From NCBI RefSeq assembly GCF_004010195.1, contig NC_057718.1:20040351-20104350 (forward strand): a stretch of DNA of 64,000 nucleotides. Direction: 5' to 3'. A program made the translations under genes and the position numbers. Below, piece after piece: positions 24,558 through 36,089 of the stretch. The notes under the pieces were generated by a model, which saw only the letters and a list, made by a program, of their open reading frames with translations, made no database searches and was not told the origin of the DNA. The first letter of the stretch is position 1. Every line of letters starts with the position of its first letter. Origin of the DNA: Chiloscyllium plagiosum (taxonomy: Eukaryota).

Positions 24558-26173
24558 CTGTTCCAATCAAAAAGAAACAAAATTACTTCCAAAGCTGGAA
24601 AACATTTTTTGTTGAAATTGAGTGTCTAATTGGAGTGAATGGAATGTTTTTGTGTTGTATATTCTATGGAATTCCACATGGTGTGGATTACTCATTTACA
24701 ATCTGACCATGACAAATCTATTCAGCACTAGTGCATTTCAATCCATACTAAAAATAAAACATCCCAAATAGCAAACAGAATTGAGGGCCCCCAGACACAC
24801 CACAGATTCTTAGGCTTTTGTGGCACAATGGTCATGATCTAAGCCAGAGGCTCGGGTTCAAGTCTCATCTCTGTCAAAAATGTCTCACAAAAAACATCTG
24901 TACAGGTTGATTCAAAATACTTGATCCACAGATTCTCAAGGGGTGTAACATAGCACATGGTATAAATTTAAGAATACCTTTGCTATACGTGAAACCAATT
25001 TCTGCCTTTGCCATCCACTTTCCAAACAAGAGTGCATACAGCAAGGGGAACAGAATAATGGACCATATGAAAACCTTAAATTAGTCTCAGCATGCAATTT
25101 GCTTCAAAAGTACATTTAACTTGGAATACAGAACATTAAATCAGTAAATTAAAGCGTATATCAAGCCTGTTTTAACCAAATTGCAGGCATAATTATCCAA
25201 GCCAAAAGTATTTAGAGTACTATAAGAAATTACTTGAGAGATACAAATCCTGCCAATACCAAGGAGCTAAAGACCAAAACTGGGCTTCACACCAAACATG
25301 ATAACATACATCAAAAACATATATGGTAGAATAAACAGTATTATTATGGATGTTGAAATAATTCTGCAGTGAAGCATCCTACAGATAAGCCAAGTTAACT
25401 CCATTAATCATAAAAGCTCCATATTTCGTAAAGCGAATAATTAAAATCTTACAAAAAATGTTGACATTTAGTTGTTTAGTCAGATATTAGTATTAAGGCA
25501 GGGAAGAGGTTTATGAATATTACTTAAAGACATTAAAGATATCCATTAGTCATCTCAAAGGATTAAAAGATTACTCCATTGTACATAACAAGCCCTTCCA
25601 AATCCTACCCAAGTGGCATGAATACCTGGCCTTTAATTAAAGCTCTTAAGATATTTGATGCTTCCCCTTCTACCCAACGAAGACAGCATCATATGCAGAA
25701 AACTGGGTGATGGTGATAAGGGCAATTATACAGCACAAAATAACACTGATATTTCTTGGCTCCAACAGGGCACTCCAAATAATCCCCACATAGAGAAAAC
25801 AAAGTTAGCATGAAAATCAAACCACAGAAGAGGTTATTATAGCATTATACTGTGCTGCATTCAGGTACTGCACAAAATACACTTAACACTTCCATAGAAA
25901 GATCTGTACAAGATGGTGAAGATCTGTACAAAAACTATACTCTTTGATGGGTGAGGAAAACAAATTTGGATAACACTCCACAAGCTTTTTATAGCAAGTA
26001 GCAGCAAACGTAGCAGAGGGAATGCAAGAGTTACTTTACATCATATGTATAAGCAGAACTTAAATTGTAATTAATGGAATTGTAAAATAAATCTATTGAG
26101 TGCAAAAGCAAGCTATATTTTTCATATAGAACTAGCTTGATATCATTATCAGATGAAATAGAATTTAACCTAC

Positions 26174-26271
26174 CACCAGTTGCTGCTGCAGGTAAGTAAG
26201 GCAAATTATCAAGTAAAGCTTTCAATAGAGCTCCTCCAAATCCCATTTGGCTTGGATCTGTTTTCCCATTA
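26174..26271 (-). CDS. BIRC6: BIRC6 coding exon (98 bp; NGKTDPSQMGFGGALLKALLDNLPYLPAAATG)
   Basis: tttttag| and G|gtagg boundaries; in ORF 26031..26426. Confidence 0.94.
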
Positions 26272-26369
26272 CTAAAAAAGATGGAGAAAAAGTTTATTCT
26301 AAATTTAGTTTTGAAGGAAAAAGCATGGCAATAATAGATCCAACTTAAAAATGAGAGCAAAGAATTAAT

Positions 26370-28205
26370 AATACAAAATACTAGAATAGCAGAGGAGTTG
26401 AATTGGTACTTTGTGCCTGTCTTCACTACGGAATACTTGAAAATTGAGGGGTGAAATGAACAGAGGGGAAAAGATACTGAGAAAACTATTAGAGCTAAAG
26501 GTTGACAAGACCCATAAGCTTAGTGGTTTCATCCTCAAGTCTTAATAAAAAGTGGGTTCAGAGACAGTAGATGCATTAGCTGTGATCTTTTAAAATTCAC
26601 TGAACTCTGCACAGGCTCCAGTAGATTGAAATATTGCACATATAACATTTTAGACAAGAAAGGAGGGAAATAGAAAGCAAGAAACTCACGGCCTACTAGC
26701 CTATAGAATGCATTATTTAAGAAGGGAAGAGCAGAATATTTAGGAAAACACAAGTCAGACAGAGCCAATATGGTTTTATGAAAGAAAAATCACGTTTGAA
26801 TAATTTATTAAGAAAAATTGAGGAAGTAACTAGCAACGTGGATAAATCTGTAGATGTGCTTTCTTGGATTTATTCAAAAGGTATTCAAATCAGGGACCAC
26901 ATCAAAGGTTACACAAAATAAGATGTGGAGGTCACCCAACACCAGATTATAGTCCAACAGGTTTATTTGGAAGTACTAGCTTTTGGAGCACTGCTCCTTC
27001 ATAAAGTAGCTGTGCAAGCTAGTACTTCCAAGTAAACCTGTTGGACTATAACCTGGTTTTGTGTGATCTTTAACTGTGTCCACAAATTAAGAGCTCATGC
27101 AGTTATTAGTACCATATTAATGTAGATAGATGATTGCTTTCTGTGAGCTAACCAGACAGTAAGAATAAATGGGTCATTTTCAGATCTGCAAGGTGTTACC
27201 AGCAGAGTGTCACAGGGATCAGTGCAGGGGCTTCAATTACAAATCATGTGAATGGCTTGGATGAACTGACTGAATAAATGATAGCTAAAGCTGATGACAC
27301 AAAGATAAGTAGAAAAGTTTTGAAACAGGACTTAAGGAGCGTGCAAAGGGATATGGGTAGGTTAAGTGGGTGGACAAAGGTATGGCAGATGGGAGTACAA
27401 TGTGGAAAAATGTGAACTTGTCCACTTTGGCAGGAAGAATAGAAAAACATATGTTATCTGAATGGAAAGAGGCTGCAGAACTCTCCAGTACAAAGGGTTA
27501 GGAGTGACCTGATACATGAATCATAGTAAATTAGTATGCAGGTACAGCAAGCAATTAGGCAGGCAAATAGAATGTTGGCATTTACATTAAGAGGGATTGA
27601 GTACAAAAATACAAAAATGATAATGCAGCTCTACAAGGTCTTATTTAGACCCCATCTGGAAATCTTTGCAGAGTTGTAACTTTATTGCACAAGGATACCT
27701 TCGCTCTGGAAGCAGTCCAGTCCAGAAAAGGTTCAATCAACTCATTCCTGGATTGAAGGTATTATCTATGAAGAAAGGTGGACAGTTTGGGCTTGATCAA
27801 CTTGAAATTTAAAAGAATGACAGGAGTTCTTACTGAAGTATATTAGATTCTGAGGGGACTTGACAGGGAGGGTGCCTGGTGCAGAAGTCTAGAACTAAGG
27901 ACACAGTTTAAAAATTAGAGCTCTCCCATGCAAAACAGATAAGGAAGATTCTTCTCAAAAGAACGTAGTTTGAAATTTTCTTCGGCAAAAAAGCAGCACA
28001 ATATTCAAGGCTGAGTTGGGTAGATTTGTTATTGGTAGTGTGTTTTCAAAGATTTATGAATTATGTAAGATATCACATTCTTTGCAGTGTGAAAGTAGAA
28101 TTGAGGCCGCAAGTCAAAGCAACCCAACCACGATTATATCAAATGGCAGAGAAAACTTGATGGGCTGAATGGCCTTCTCCTGTTCCTCATTCTTGTTATG
28201 TTCAG
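26370..28205 (+). mobile_element. Old CR1 LINE (RT + 3' UTR), interrupted by a Penelope fold-back
   Basis: Degenerate RT motifs (VSQGSV, ADDTK, LFRPHLE) and 3' end gggctgaatggccttctcctgttcct...ttatgtt. Confidence 0.8.
26924..27080. mobile_element. Short Penelope-derived fold-back element (second family)
   Basis: Inverted arms accagattatagtccaacaggtttatttggaagtactagc / gctagtacttccaagtaaacctgttggactataacctggt; near-perfect TSD cacaaaataaga (26912-26923) / cacaaattaaga (27081-27092). Confidence 0.8.
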
Positions 28206-28305
28206 TTATTAACAATAAATTAACAATAATTAATAATAAACTAGCCAGTTATTGCAATGTTAAGTCTTATTCTTTTTCAAAAAATATTCTAAAATATTTT
28301 CTCAC

Positions 28306-28437
28306 CTTATGCAAAGCGCAAGGAACCGAGCACATTTGTGAGCTATGCTTCGACCAGCTTCAAAGAAGCAAACTCGCACAATGCTGGAGAGTCGTTTCTT
28401 GGTTTTTGTGTGCAGACTTTCTTTCCCATCTTTGAAA
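28306..28437 (-). CDS. BIRC6: BIRC6 coding exon (132 bp; FKDGKESLHTKTKKRLSSIVRVCFFEAGRSIAHKCARFLALCI)
   Basis: Manually translated; ttgcag| and AG|gtgag boundaries; phase 2-2. Confidence 0.95.
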
Positions 28438-28569
28438 CTGCAATTGGACAATTCATCGAACACAGACACAACCATGGATCATAACATCTAATGTTATTAG
28501 TTTCTACTTGCAAAACAACAGTGATGGACTCAAACTGTCAGAAAGGATCATGAACTAAATAGTATAACT

Positions 28570-29627
28570 GTGTAAGAGACCACATTTCTTTTTAGGAAAA
28601 TGAGCTGAAAATGAGATTGATGGACATTGCTTCAAAAAGGGGAGAACACAGGGTTGGTTTCCAGCTTTGGAAACGCAAGTGAAGCTAACTGGAATGTATG
28701 AAATAAAAAGTTACTGCTTGGAACCACTGTCGAAACAAGCAGGTGAGGCAATTGCACACAGGAGAGCGTGTGCATGAAAGGGAGAGAGAGCACAGATGCA
28801 AGTAGAAGAGTGTGCATGCGAGCGCATAAGTGTGTGTAGGGGCAATTCTTTCAATTGGCACCAGTTGCTATGGGTTCAGAAAAGTTCAGCATTGTAACAA
28901 CCTTTAGATTGTTACAATGCAGCCTGCTGTAGTTTAACACACCTTCTACGAGAGGTAATGAAAGAAGTTTGCATCATCAACATCTTTATCACTTAGTTCC
29001 AAAGATCATCTTTAATTTTGTTTGTCTCCACAGATGCTGCTAGATCTAACTCTCTCTAATTTTGTTTTTATCTCAGCTCTGTTCCTCTGAAAAATTGCCT
29101 TCTTCAGTTCCGTTGAAACAGCAAGGAAAAATACATCAGAGTTGTTGAAAGGAAGAATACTGGAGCTCTCAAAAAAACAGACCCCTCGCCCAGCGAAGCA
29201 ACCAGTAAACTAAAGACTGATCATGACTATGCAAATAATACTGAGACATCATCAAAGAATTGAGGATTATGAAACGGACCTATCTAGTTGTGAGGTTTAG
29301 AGCTAGTGATAGGGAATTATGTTCTTTTGTCTACTTTTCTTCCTTCCACTCAAAACTTTGAGTGTACACACATGCTGGGGAGAATTGTAACAGGTAAAGT
29401 TTAACTTTGATAAGTTTGAAATCCAGTTATTTTACTGTTCTGATTAAAGTTAGGAATTTTACAAAAAAAAGTCTTTTTAAAAAAAAATGGTTACTGAAGT
29501 AACCTAGAGTAATTTGCTTTTATCCTGTGAAAATTAGTGTTCATGGTAATTTCACAAATAACATTTGTCACGACTACAAGGATAGTCGGGTTTGATTTCC
29601 AGCACATTACACTAGTCAGTCATGACA
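28570..29627. mobile_element. Possible solo LTR-like repeat
   Basis: Non-coding ~1.05-kb block beginning TGT and ending ...catgACA with composition unlike the flanks; no partner LTR or TSD verified. Confidence 0.3.
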
Positions 29628-29745
29628 GTTGGAACTCAAATCAATTATATACAATGCATTAGGAACATAAATTACTGCTTACATCTTCGTATTGTTGAAA
29701 CATTGCAAAATTTACACAAGTGCCAGTTTACACACTTCATCCTAC

Positions 29746-29907
29746 CTGCATAGTCCATTTGCATGGACTCCTGCCAACCAGCAGAGAATATCTAATACAA
29801 GACTCTGAGCATGTTCTGTGACAGGACCATCATCTGACATTTTGCAGAGCGTGTTAAGCAGCTTTTCATGGAATTCCGAGAACTGCAACATAGCACATCG
29901 TTGCACC
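29746..29907 (-). CDS. BIRC6: BIRC6 coding exon (162 bp; VQRCAMLQFSEFHEKLLNTLC...LCWLAGVHANGLC)
   Basis: ttttag| and AG|gtagg boundaries; in ORF 29742..29924. Confidence 0.96.
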
Positions 29908-30733
29908 CTAAAAGGCAAAGCCATTAATTAACCTAAGAAACCACACAGCAAAAACAGGGGCAAATTTTTATGGCCTTACTTTGGTCATGCTTTTTTTTTT
30001 GAAACTTTAAAATGAACACAATACATATTTCCTGATTTGTGTGGAAATAAAAAAAACTACTACTTTCACACATTTAACATGTTACAGCAGAAGTGGAAAC
30101 ATATTAAATCTTTTCCTCACTGTTTGTCTCATGTCCAACTACTGCCCTGCAGTAGGAATCACCTCCAAACAGTAAATCTGCAGAGAAATGGCTGCATACA
30201 GCTACTTTTTTGTCAATGGGAACAAAAAAAAACAATTTTGTATCAATGAGATATACAGCAGATTAATGTTATTAAACTCACTAACGGGATAAATTCTCAG
30301 AAAATTAGTACTGTATAAATCTACAACTCTTACAAACTATACAAGAGACAAAATGATCATAAATGCAAAATATTTGACTTTGCAGGACTTCCCAAATTAT
30401 ATTTCAGAAGACTGTGGCCACCACAAATTTCAGTTGGTGATCTAAAGATTAATCTGAAAACATCCAGCATGTTACTTGATGTGCCATACCTAATCAGAAT
30501 GATTGTCAACCAAGTTATTGTGGAACAAGGATTTTTTTATGCCCATTTTTAAAAATTATATCCATTTGAAAGGCTTGACTTCTCCTCTCCCACTCTTCAC
30601 TTTATAATGAAGTAACCTGCTTATCCTTTGCAATAATGTGGAATTAAGCAGGAAGAGATCAAGAAAGAACACAAGAACTAAGAGACTGGATTTTCAAAAT
30701 CCATTCAAAAAGCCAAAAAAATTCAAAAACTAC

Positions 30734-30870
30734 CTTTCTTTTGGGATGCATGTTTTCTTGAATCTACGAATAGTAACAGAAACTTCTTGCAGCAGATCAC
30801 AACCTCTGAGACTGTCAGGTTTCTTAGAGGAATTTCCAGACTCTGATGTTTTTGAGGTGGATGGCTTTTC
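30734..30870 (-). CDS. BIRC6: BIRC6 coding exon (137 bp; EKPSTSK...LRGCDLLQEVSVTIRRFKKTCIPKE)
   Basis: Manually translated; aacag| and AG|gtagt boundaries; follows a 107-bp intron. Confidence 0.95.
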
Positions 30871-30977
30871 CTGTTCAAAGAAAAATATTAGTTTACACGT
30901 ATGCCCGCACAGAAGCAGAAATTAACTTCCATGTATCAAAACCTACACGTTTGAGCTTGTTCTCTTCACTACAGTAC

Positions 30978-31159
30978 CTTCCCTGCTGTAACTTTAGCAA
31001 GCAGCGAAGCAAGAGAGTGACTCTTGCTATTCTGTGGTTTCGTGGCTTGCATTCTCATGACTGGCCTTACTCCACTGCCATTAGAATTCTCTTCATTTGC
31101 CTTCTCATTAGTTGATCTGATGTGAACTAGAAATGACCGATACTTGCCACCAGCCATGC
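30978..31159 (-). CDS. BIRC6: BIRC6 coding exon (182 bp; MAGGKYRSFLVHI...SLASLLAKVTAGK)
   Basis: cagcag| acceptor, AAG|gtact donor; in ORF 30969..31211. Confidence 0.95.
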
Positions 31160-31329
31160 CTGCTGAGAATGCAAAAATGAAGAATGTTGAGTTTAATTTG
31201 GCTAAGCACAAATATCACCTACTCCACAAGAATCCAGACGTTTAGAAGGAAAGTTTTGCAGGGTTAACAGGGTGTGTGCCTTTGTAAACATTTGATGGTC
31301 TGTGCAGCCTTGTTCCTTTTATAAAACTA

Positions 31330-31880
31330 TGTAATAGTTGGACATAACTAAGTGGCTTGCAAAGCCATATCAGAGGGCATTTAATATGTCAATCACCTTG
31401 CTATGGGTCTGGAGTCACATGCAGGCAGACCAGTGAGGATGGCAGATCTTCCTTCCCAGAGGACATTCATGAACTAAATGCTTTTATTTCCTAAATAAAC
31501 TTCAACAATAGCTTAATGGTTGCCAGTGGGACTAGCATTTACTTGCAGATTTATTAACAATTTAAATTTCACCATCTGCAGTGGACAGATTCAAATCCAC
31601 AGAGTACTAGCTTGGCTCTCTGGATTACTGGGTAAACACAAGGACTGCAGGTGCTGGAAACCAGAGTCTACATTAGAGTGGTGCTGGAAAAGCACAGCAG
31701 GTCAGGCAGCATCGGAGGAGCAGGAAAATCGATGTTTCGGGCGAATGTTCCGGGGCTTTTGCCCGAAACGTCAATTTTTCTGCTCCTCGGATGCTGCCTG
31801 ACCTGCTGTGCTTTTCCAGCACAACTCTAATGTGGTCTCTGGATTACTGGACATGTATAACAACACCATTATGCCAGCTA
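31330..31880 (-). mobile_element. tRNA-derived SINE interrupted by a Penelope fold-back
   Basis: Shares gggtctggagtcacatg...gaccag...aggatggcagat..ccttccc with the copy at 39380-39740. Confidence 0.65.
31632..31835. mobile_element. Short Penelope-derived fold-back element, same family as 6143-6680
   Basis: Perfect 15-bp TSD TCTCTGGATTACTGG at 31617-31631 and 31836-31850; ~75-bp inverted arms 31670-31745 / 31759-31833. Confidence 0.88.
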
Positions 31881-32167
31881 GTCAAATGTCAAAGTCAAAA
31901 CTGATTCAACTGGCTCCAAATAACTTCATTAACAAAACCAGAGAAAAGTAGCCTTTACAATGCTAGGGGTACAACAGAATACAAAAACTAAATCTGGCAT
32001 CTAAATCAGACCAATTTAATCGTAAAAATTATATGCAACTAACACTGTCACATCACCCCTAAAGTTAATCTGAGATTGATTAAATTCATTTAACTTGACA
32101 TTTAATATAATGCCTTTAAGAGAATATGCTTTCTACTGTAGTTGCAACTAATCAAGCTTGATCTTAC

Positions 32168-32299
32168 CTTTAATGAGCTTAGGACTAGTTAGTGTCAGCA
32201 TCCCAGCATGTCCTGAAAGATCCAGGCCACTTGCCAACCATACAGGTCCACATAATATATCTTCCTTGTGCTCTTCCAGAAATTGACAGAGTCTGGGGC
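32168..32299 (-). CDS. BIRC6: BIRC6 coding exon (132 bp; PRLCQFLEEHKEDILCGPVWLASGLDLSGHAGMLTLTSPKLIK)
   Basis: Manually translated; gagaag| acceptor, AAG|gtaag donor. Confidence 0.95.
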
Positions 32300-32989
32300 C
32301 TTCTCAGTATAGAGAACGAAAGGAAAATGTTGTCACACATCTTTGCATTGCAATATTTTGAAACAATTCTTGCACGATGAACAGTTTTACAAGATGGAAT
32401 CAATCAGAATGGAAACCCCATTAATGCAAGTCTAATCATTTAATACCCAAGTGAACCCACAGATTCTCCAAGAGAATTTGCACAACTGGACAACACAACC
32501 TTCAGAAATTTCTCTTTCAAAATTCAGGCAATAAATACAGCATTGCTACAGAAAGTGTTTGGGTAATCAGAATCCCAACTTTATCATCTACAGAAGCAGA
32601 ACTGTCAGGACTTTGAAGCATGGGGAGCAAGAAGTCTGCTCTTAGTTCAGTTCCACTTCTAAACGGTATTCACAAAAGGAGCAAAATCATTAGACTAATC
32701 AGCACAGACAGTTCTTGGAGGAACAGAACACAAGCCTACTTCCAGTTATGGGATTATTCATGCTTTGGACATGGAAAGAAGAGGAATAAAGAGGGTTATG
32801 ATTTATTCTCGAGAACAAAATTATTTAATCATATTCTTGTGCCTGCATAAAAATTTATTCAAGCATTCTCAAATATTTAGGTACTTTAAATCAATAAGAA
32901 AACAGTGTTTCACTGCAAGACATTTTCTGAAATTGAACTGCATTTTTGTCACTGAAACACAACTCCTTATGGAAATATAAAATTACCAA

Positions 32990-33075
32990 ATGGGTAGCAC
33001 GATGACTCAGTGGTTAGCACTGCTGCGTTCAATTCTAGTCTCAGGCGACTGGCTGGGTGGAATATGCATATGATT
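32990..33075 (+). mobile_element. Truncated tRNA-derived SINE head (HE1/V-SINE-like)
   Basis: gggtagcacgatgactcagtggttagcactgctg...gttcaattc with A-box and B-box-like motifs; no tRNA acceptor stem. Confidence 0.5.
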
Positions 33076-33586
33076 CTAAAACTACGCTGTGTGTTGTTGA
33101 ACCCTCAGTAAACATCAACATATATTTGATGACATTTCACAGCAGTCATTTACATGGTTTGCTACCATTTACTCATAACTGAAACTAACATTGAAATTCA
33201 AACGAGCCTATGTTCTTTAATAATGAGCAGCATGGCTCCTTTAGGAACTTCAAAACAAACTATACATTATCAGCACATTTATCATCTGCAATATGATCAG
33301 TGGCAGGAATTCAACTTCAAATCAGATTCTATGTTTCTTCTCCTACTGTACACAAATTAAAATGACAAACGCATGCAAAAAGGTGGTATGAAATGCATGC
33401 ACTCAAGCTCACATTCTCCCCAAAGATCTATTTGATCTCAATGTTACACTTATGAAATATAGGCTTGTTAATACCAGTTGCAAGCCTCTAAACAGCTGGT
33501 CTTTCAAATTGTTTTGTTTGGTATTAAAACGAGTGCTATAGAAATTAAACTATGGGAATCCTCTGAAATAATACATTTTAGCTAAC

Positions 33587-33721
33587 CTTGAGATTCATCC
33601 ACATCCATCTGATACTGCATGTCTTCACTTAAATCAGCAAGACCAGATCGTCCATTTCTCTCTACCTCCACATGAGAAGCTGGAGATAAAGGAAATAAGA
33701 TCTGCTTGTCCACTGCGGACT
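33587..33721 (-). CDS. BIRC6: BIRC6 coding exon (135 bp long form, 93 bp short form ending at 33679; ESAVDKQILFPLSPASHVEVERNGRSGLADLSEDMQYQMDVDESQ)
   Basis: Manually translated; ttacag| acceptor and AAG|gttag donor; phase 1-1; second in-frame acceptor inside the exon. Confidence 0.9.
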
Positions 33722-33811
33722 CTGTAAGAAGAAGCAAGGAATAAAAGTAAAACTTTCATTTATATCAAGTCTTTCATAACATTAGGACATCCCAAAGTAC
33801 TTTTCAACCAA

Positions 33812-36070
33812 TTCAGAGAGGTGGTCACAACACAGATGAAGGAACCTGGAGGAGGAAGGGAATGGATGACCAGATAGGTAGTTAAGGGTCCCATTCACAA
33901 ATTGATATTCCAAATTGGAGGCTGGTTCCTCCAGGGAGTGCAGTCAAAGCTAAGCTTCTTGCACCACAAGCAGCCTGTTCGGGTAGGATGGGGAGAAAGA
34001 GAGGAATGGCAAGAGTAATAGGGGATTATACAATCAGGGAATAGATAGGTACTACTGTGGCTGCCAACATAACTCCAGGATAGAGTCTTAGCTGTCTAGA
34101 GTTGGTGTCATTGAACAGATGCAGAGCATCCTAAAGGGGGAGGATGATAAAGCAAAGGTCATGGTACATGGTGGTATCAATGACATAGGAAGAAAGACGG
34201 ATGAGGTCTTCCATCAAAAATTCAGGGAGCTAGACTTTAGACTAAAAAGCAGGACCTCTCAGGTCATATCTCTGGATTAGTCCTAGTGTCATGTGCTAGC
34301 AAGCATAGAAACAAGAGAATAGTGCAGATGAATGCGTGGCTTAACAACTGGTGTAGGAAGGAGGAATTTAGATTCCTGGATCATTGGGACCATTTCTGTG
34401 GAAGGTAGGACCTATACAAATGGGATAGTATACATCCTAAACAGAGCAGCACTAACATTCTTGTGGGACAGATTGCTACTGCTGCTGAGAGGAGTTTAAA
34501 ATAATTCAGTGGGGGACAGAACACAAACTGTTAGAATGAGGGCACAGCATCGTACAGTAAAACGATCAAGTCAGAGGGCGTACAGCTGTATCAATTTTCA
34601 ATGAAGTAAGGGCAAGCTGTCTGGCCTTTACTTTAATGCTAGGAGTAACACAGGTAAAAGTGATGTGCTAAGGGCAATGATTGAGACATGAAAGTGTGAT
34701 ATAGTCGCCATCACAGAGACATGATTGAGGGAGGGGCAGGATTGGCAACTCAATATTCCAGGATATAGAATCTTCAGGCAAGACAGAGGAGGATTAAAAA
34801 AGGATGAGGCATTGCATTATTAGTTAGGAGTCAGTTACTCAGGAAGGAACGATTCATGGAAGGAGCATTGTATAAAGCTTGGTGGTTAGAGTTTAGGAAT
34901 ACAAAAAAGGCACACGACATTGCTAGGTGCTTATCATAGACAGTCGGCAGGAAATTGAGGAGCAAATTGTGCAAATTCAAGGAGGTGAGTAAAAATAACA
35001 GAAGGGTAATTATAGTAGGTGATGATTTCAGCAAAATCTTTGACATGGTCCCACACAGAAGACTCATCCAAAAGCAAATACGCAAATAATACAGCGCAAT
35101 TTGATGAACTGGTTTCAAAGCCGGCTCAGTTGTAGGAGACAAAGGGTGGGGACAGAAGGCTACTTTAGTACCTAGAAGTACTATCCGGTAGCATACGACA
35201 GTGACCTGTGCTGGGTGCCCTATTATTCGCTATTTATATAAATGACAAATGACTGGGCAGGTTAGTAAGTTTATGGATGACACAAAGATTTGTCTGGTAG
35301 TTAATAGTGAAGCTGTATGTCTTGGTCTACAAGATGACACAAACGGATGGTCAAATGGCAGAAATGTGGCAGATGGAATTTAATCCTGAAAAGCATGAAG
35401 GAGTAATTTGACAAAAATATATAAACTGAACAGTATGAGACTAGGAAGCTTTGTGTAACAAAGGGATCTTGGGATGTCTGTTCACAGATTTCTGAAGGAG
35501 GAATGGCATGATAACAGGGTGCTGAAGACAAATGGAGACTTTTCTTTATCAAATGAGACATAAATTACAAACGCAAGGAAGTCATGTTGGAGTTGATGGG
35601 ACTTTGGTGAGACCACAGTCAGAGCATTATGCAGCTTTCCATTTGCCACATTACAGAGAGATGTGATAGCATTGGCGGGGGTGCAGAGGAGATTCACCAG
35701 GATGCTGCCTGGGGTGGGAAACTGAAGTTATGAGGAAAGATTGGATAGGCTTGGGTTGTTGTTGTTGGAGCAGAGAAGACAAAGGCAATCTGATTGAGAT
35801 GTACTAGATTATAAGGGACATTGACAGAGTTTGGGGGATGTGGGAAAATCTTTTTTATCCACAGGGTGGTGACAGTCTGGAATAAGCTACCTGGGAGGAT
35901 GGTGGAGGCACGTTGCCTTATATCCTTTAAGTACCACCTTGGTGAGCACTAGGCATGTCATAACATTCAAGGCCATGCTGGTAAATGGGATTAGATTGAA
36001 GGTCAGGTGTTTCTCATGCATTTGTGCCGATTCAATGGGCCAAAGGGCCTCTTCTGCACTGTATGATTCT
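33812..36070 (+). mobile_element. Decayed CR1 LINE with ORF1 (SGNH esterase-like) and internally deleted ORF2
   Basis: ORF1 motifs VMVHGGINDIG and FLDHWD; EN start YFNARS and VAITET; direct jump from EN to RT at ~35020; 3' UTR ending ctgtatgattcta. Confidence 0.85.
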
Positions 36071-36089
36071 AATATTATATGATTCAATT

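Noticed and set aside
25897..25931. Direct repeat aagatctgtacaa x2, possibly CRISPR-like
   Set aside because: Only two copies with a short spacer in a vertebrate intron; a local micro-duplication. No CRISPR array anywhere in the window
32990..33075. tRNA gene
   Set aside because: A/B-box-like motifs only, no cloverleaf; a SINE head, like those at ~24815-24870, 39820-39890 and 39990-40060
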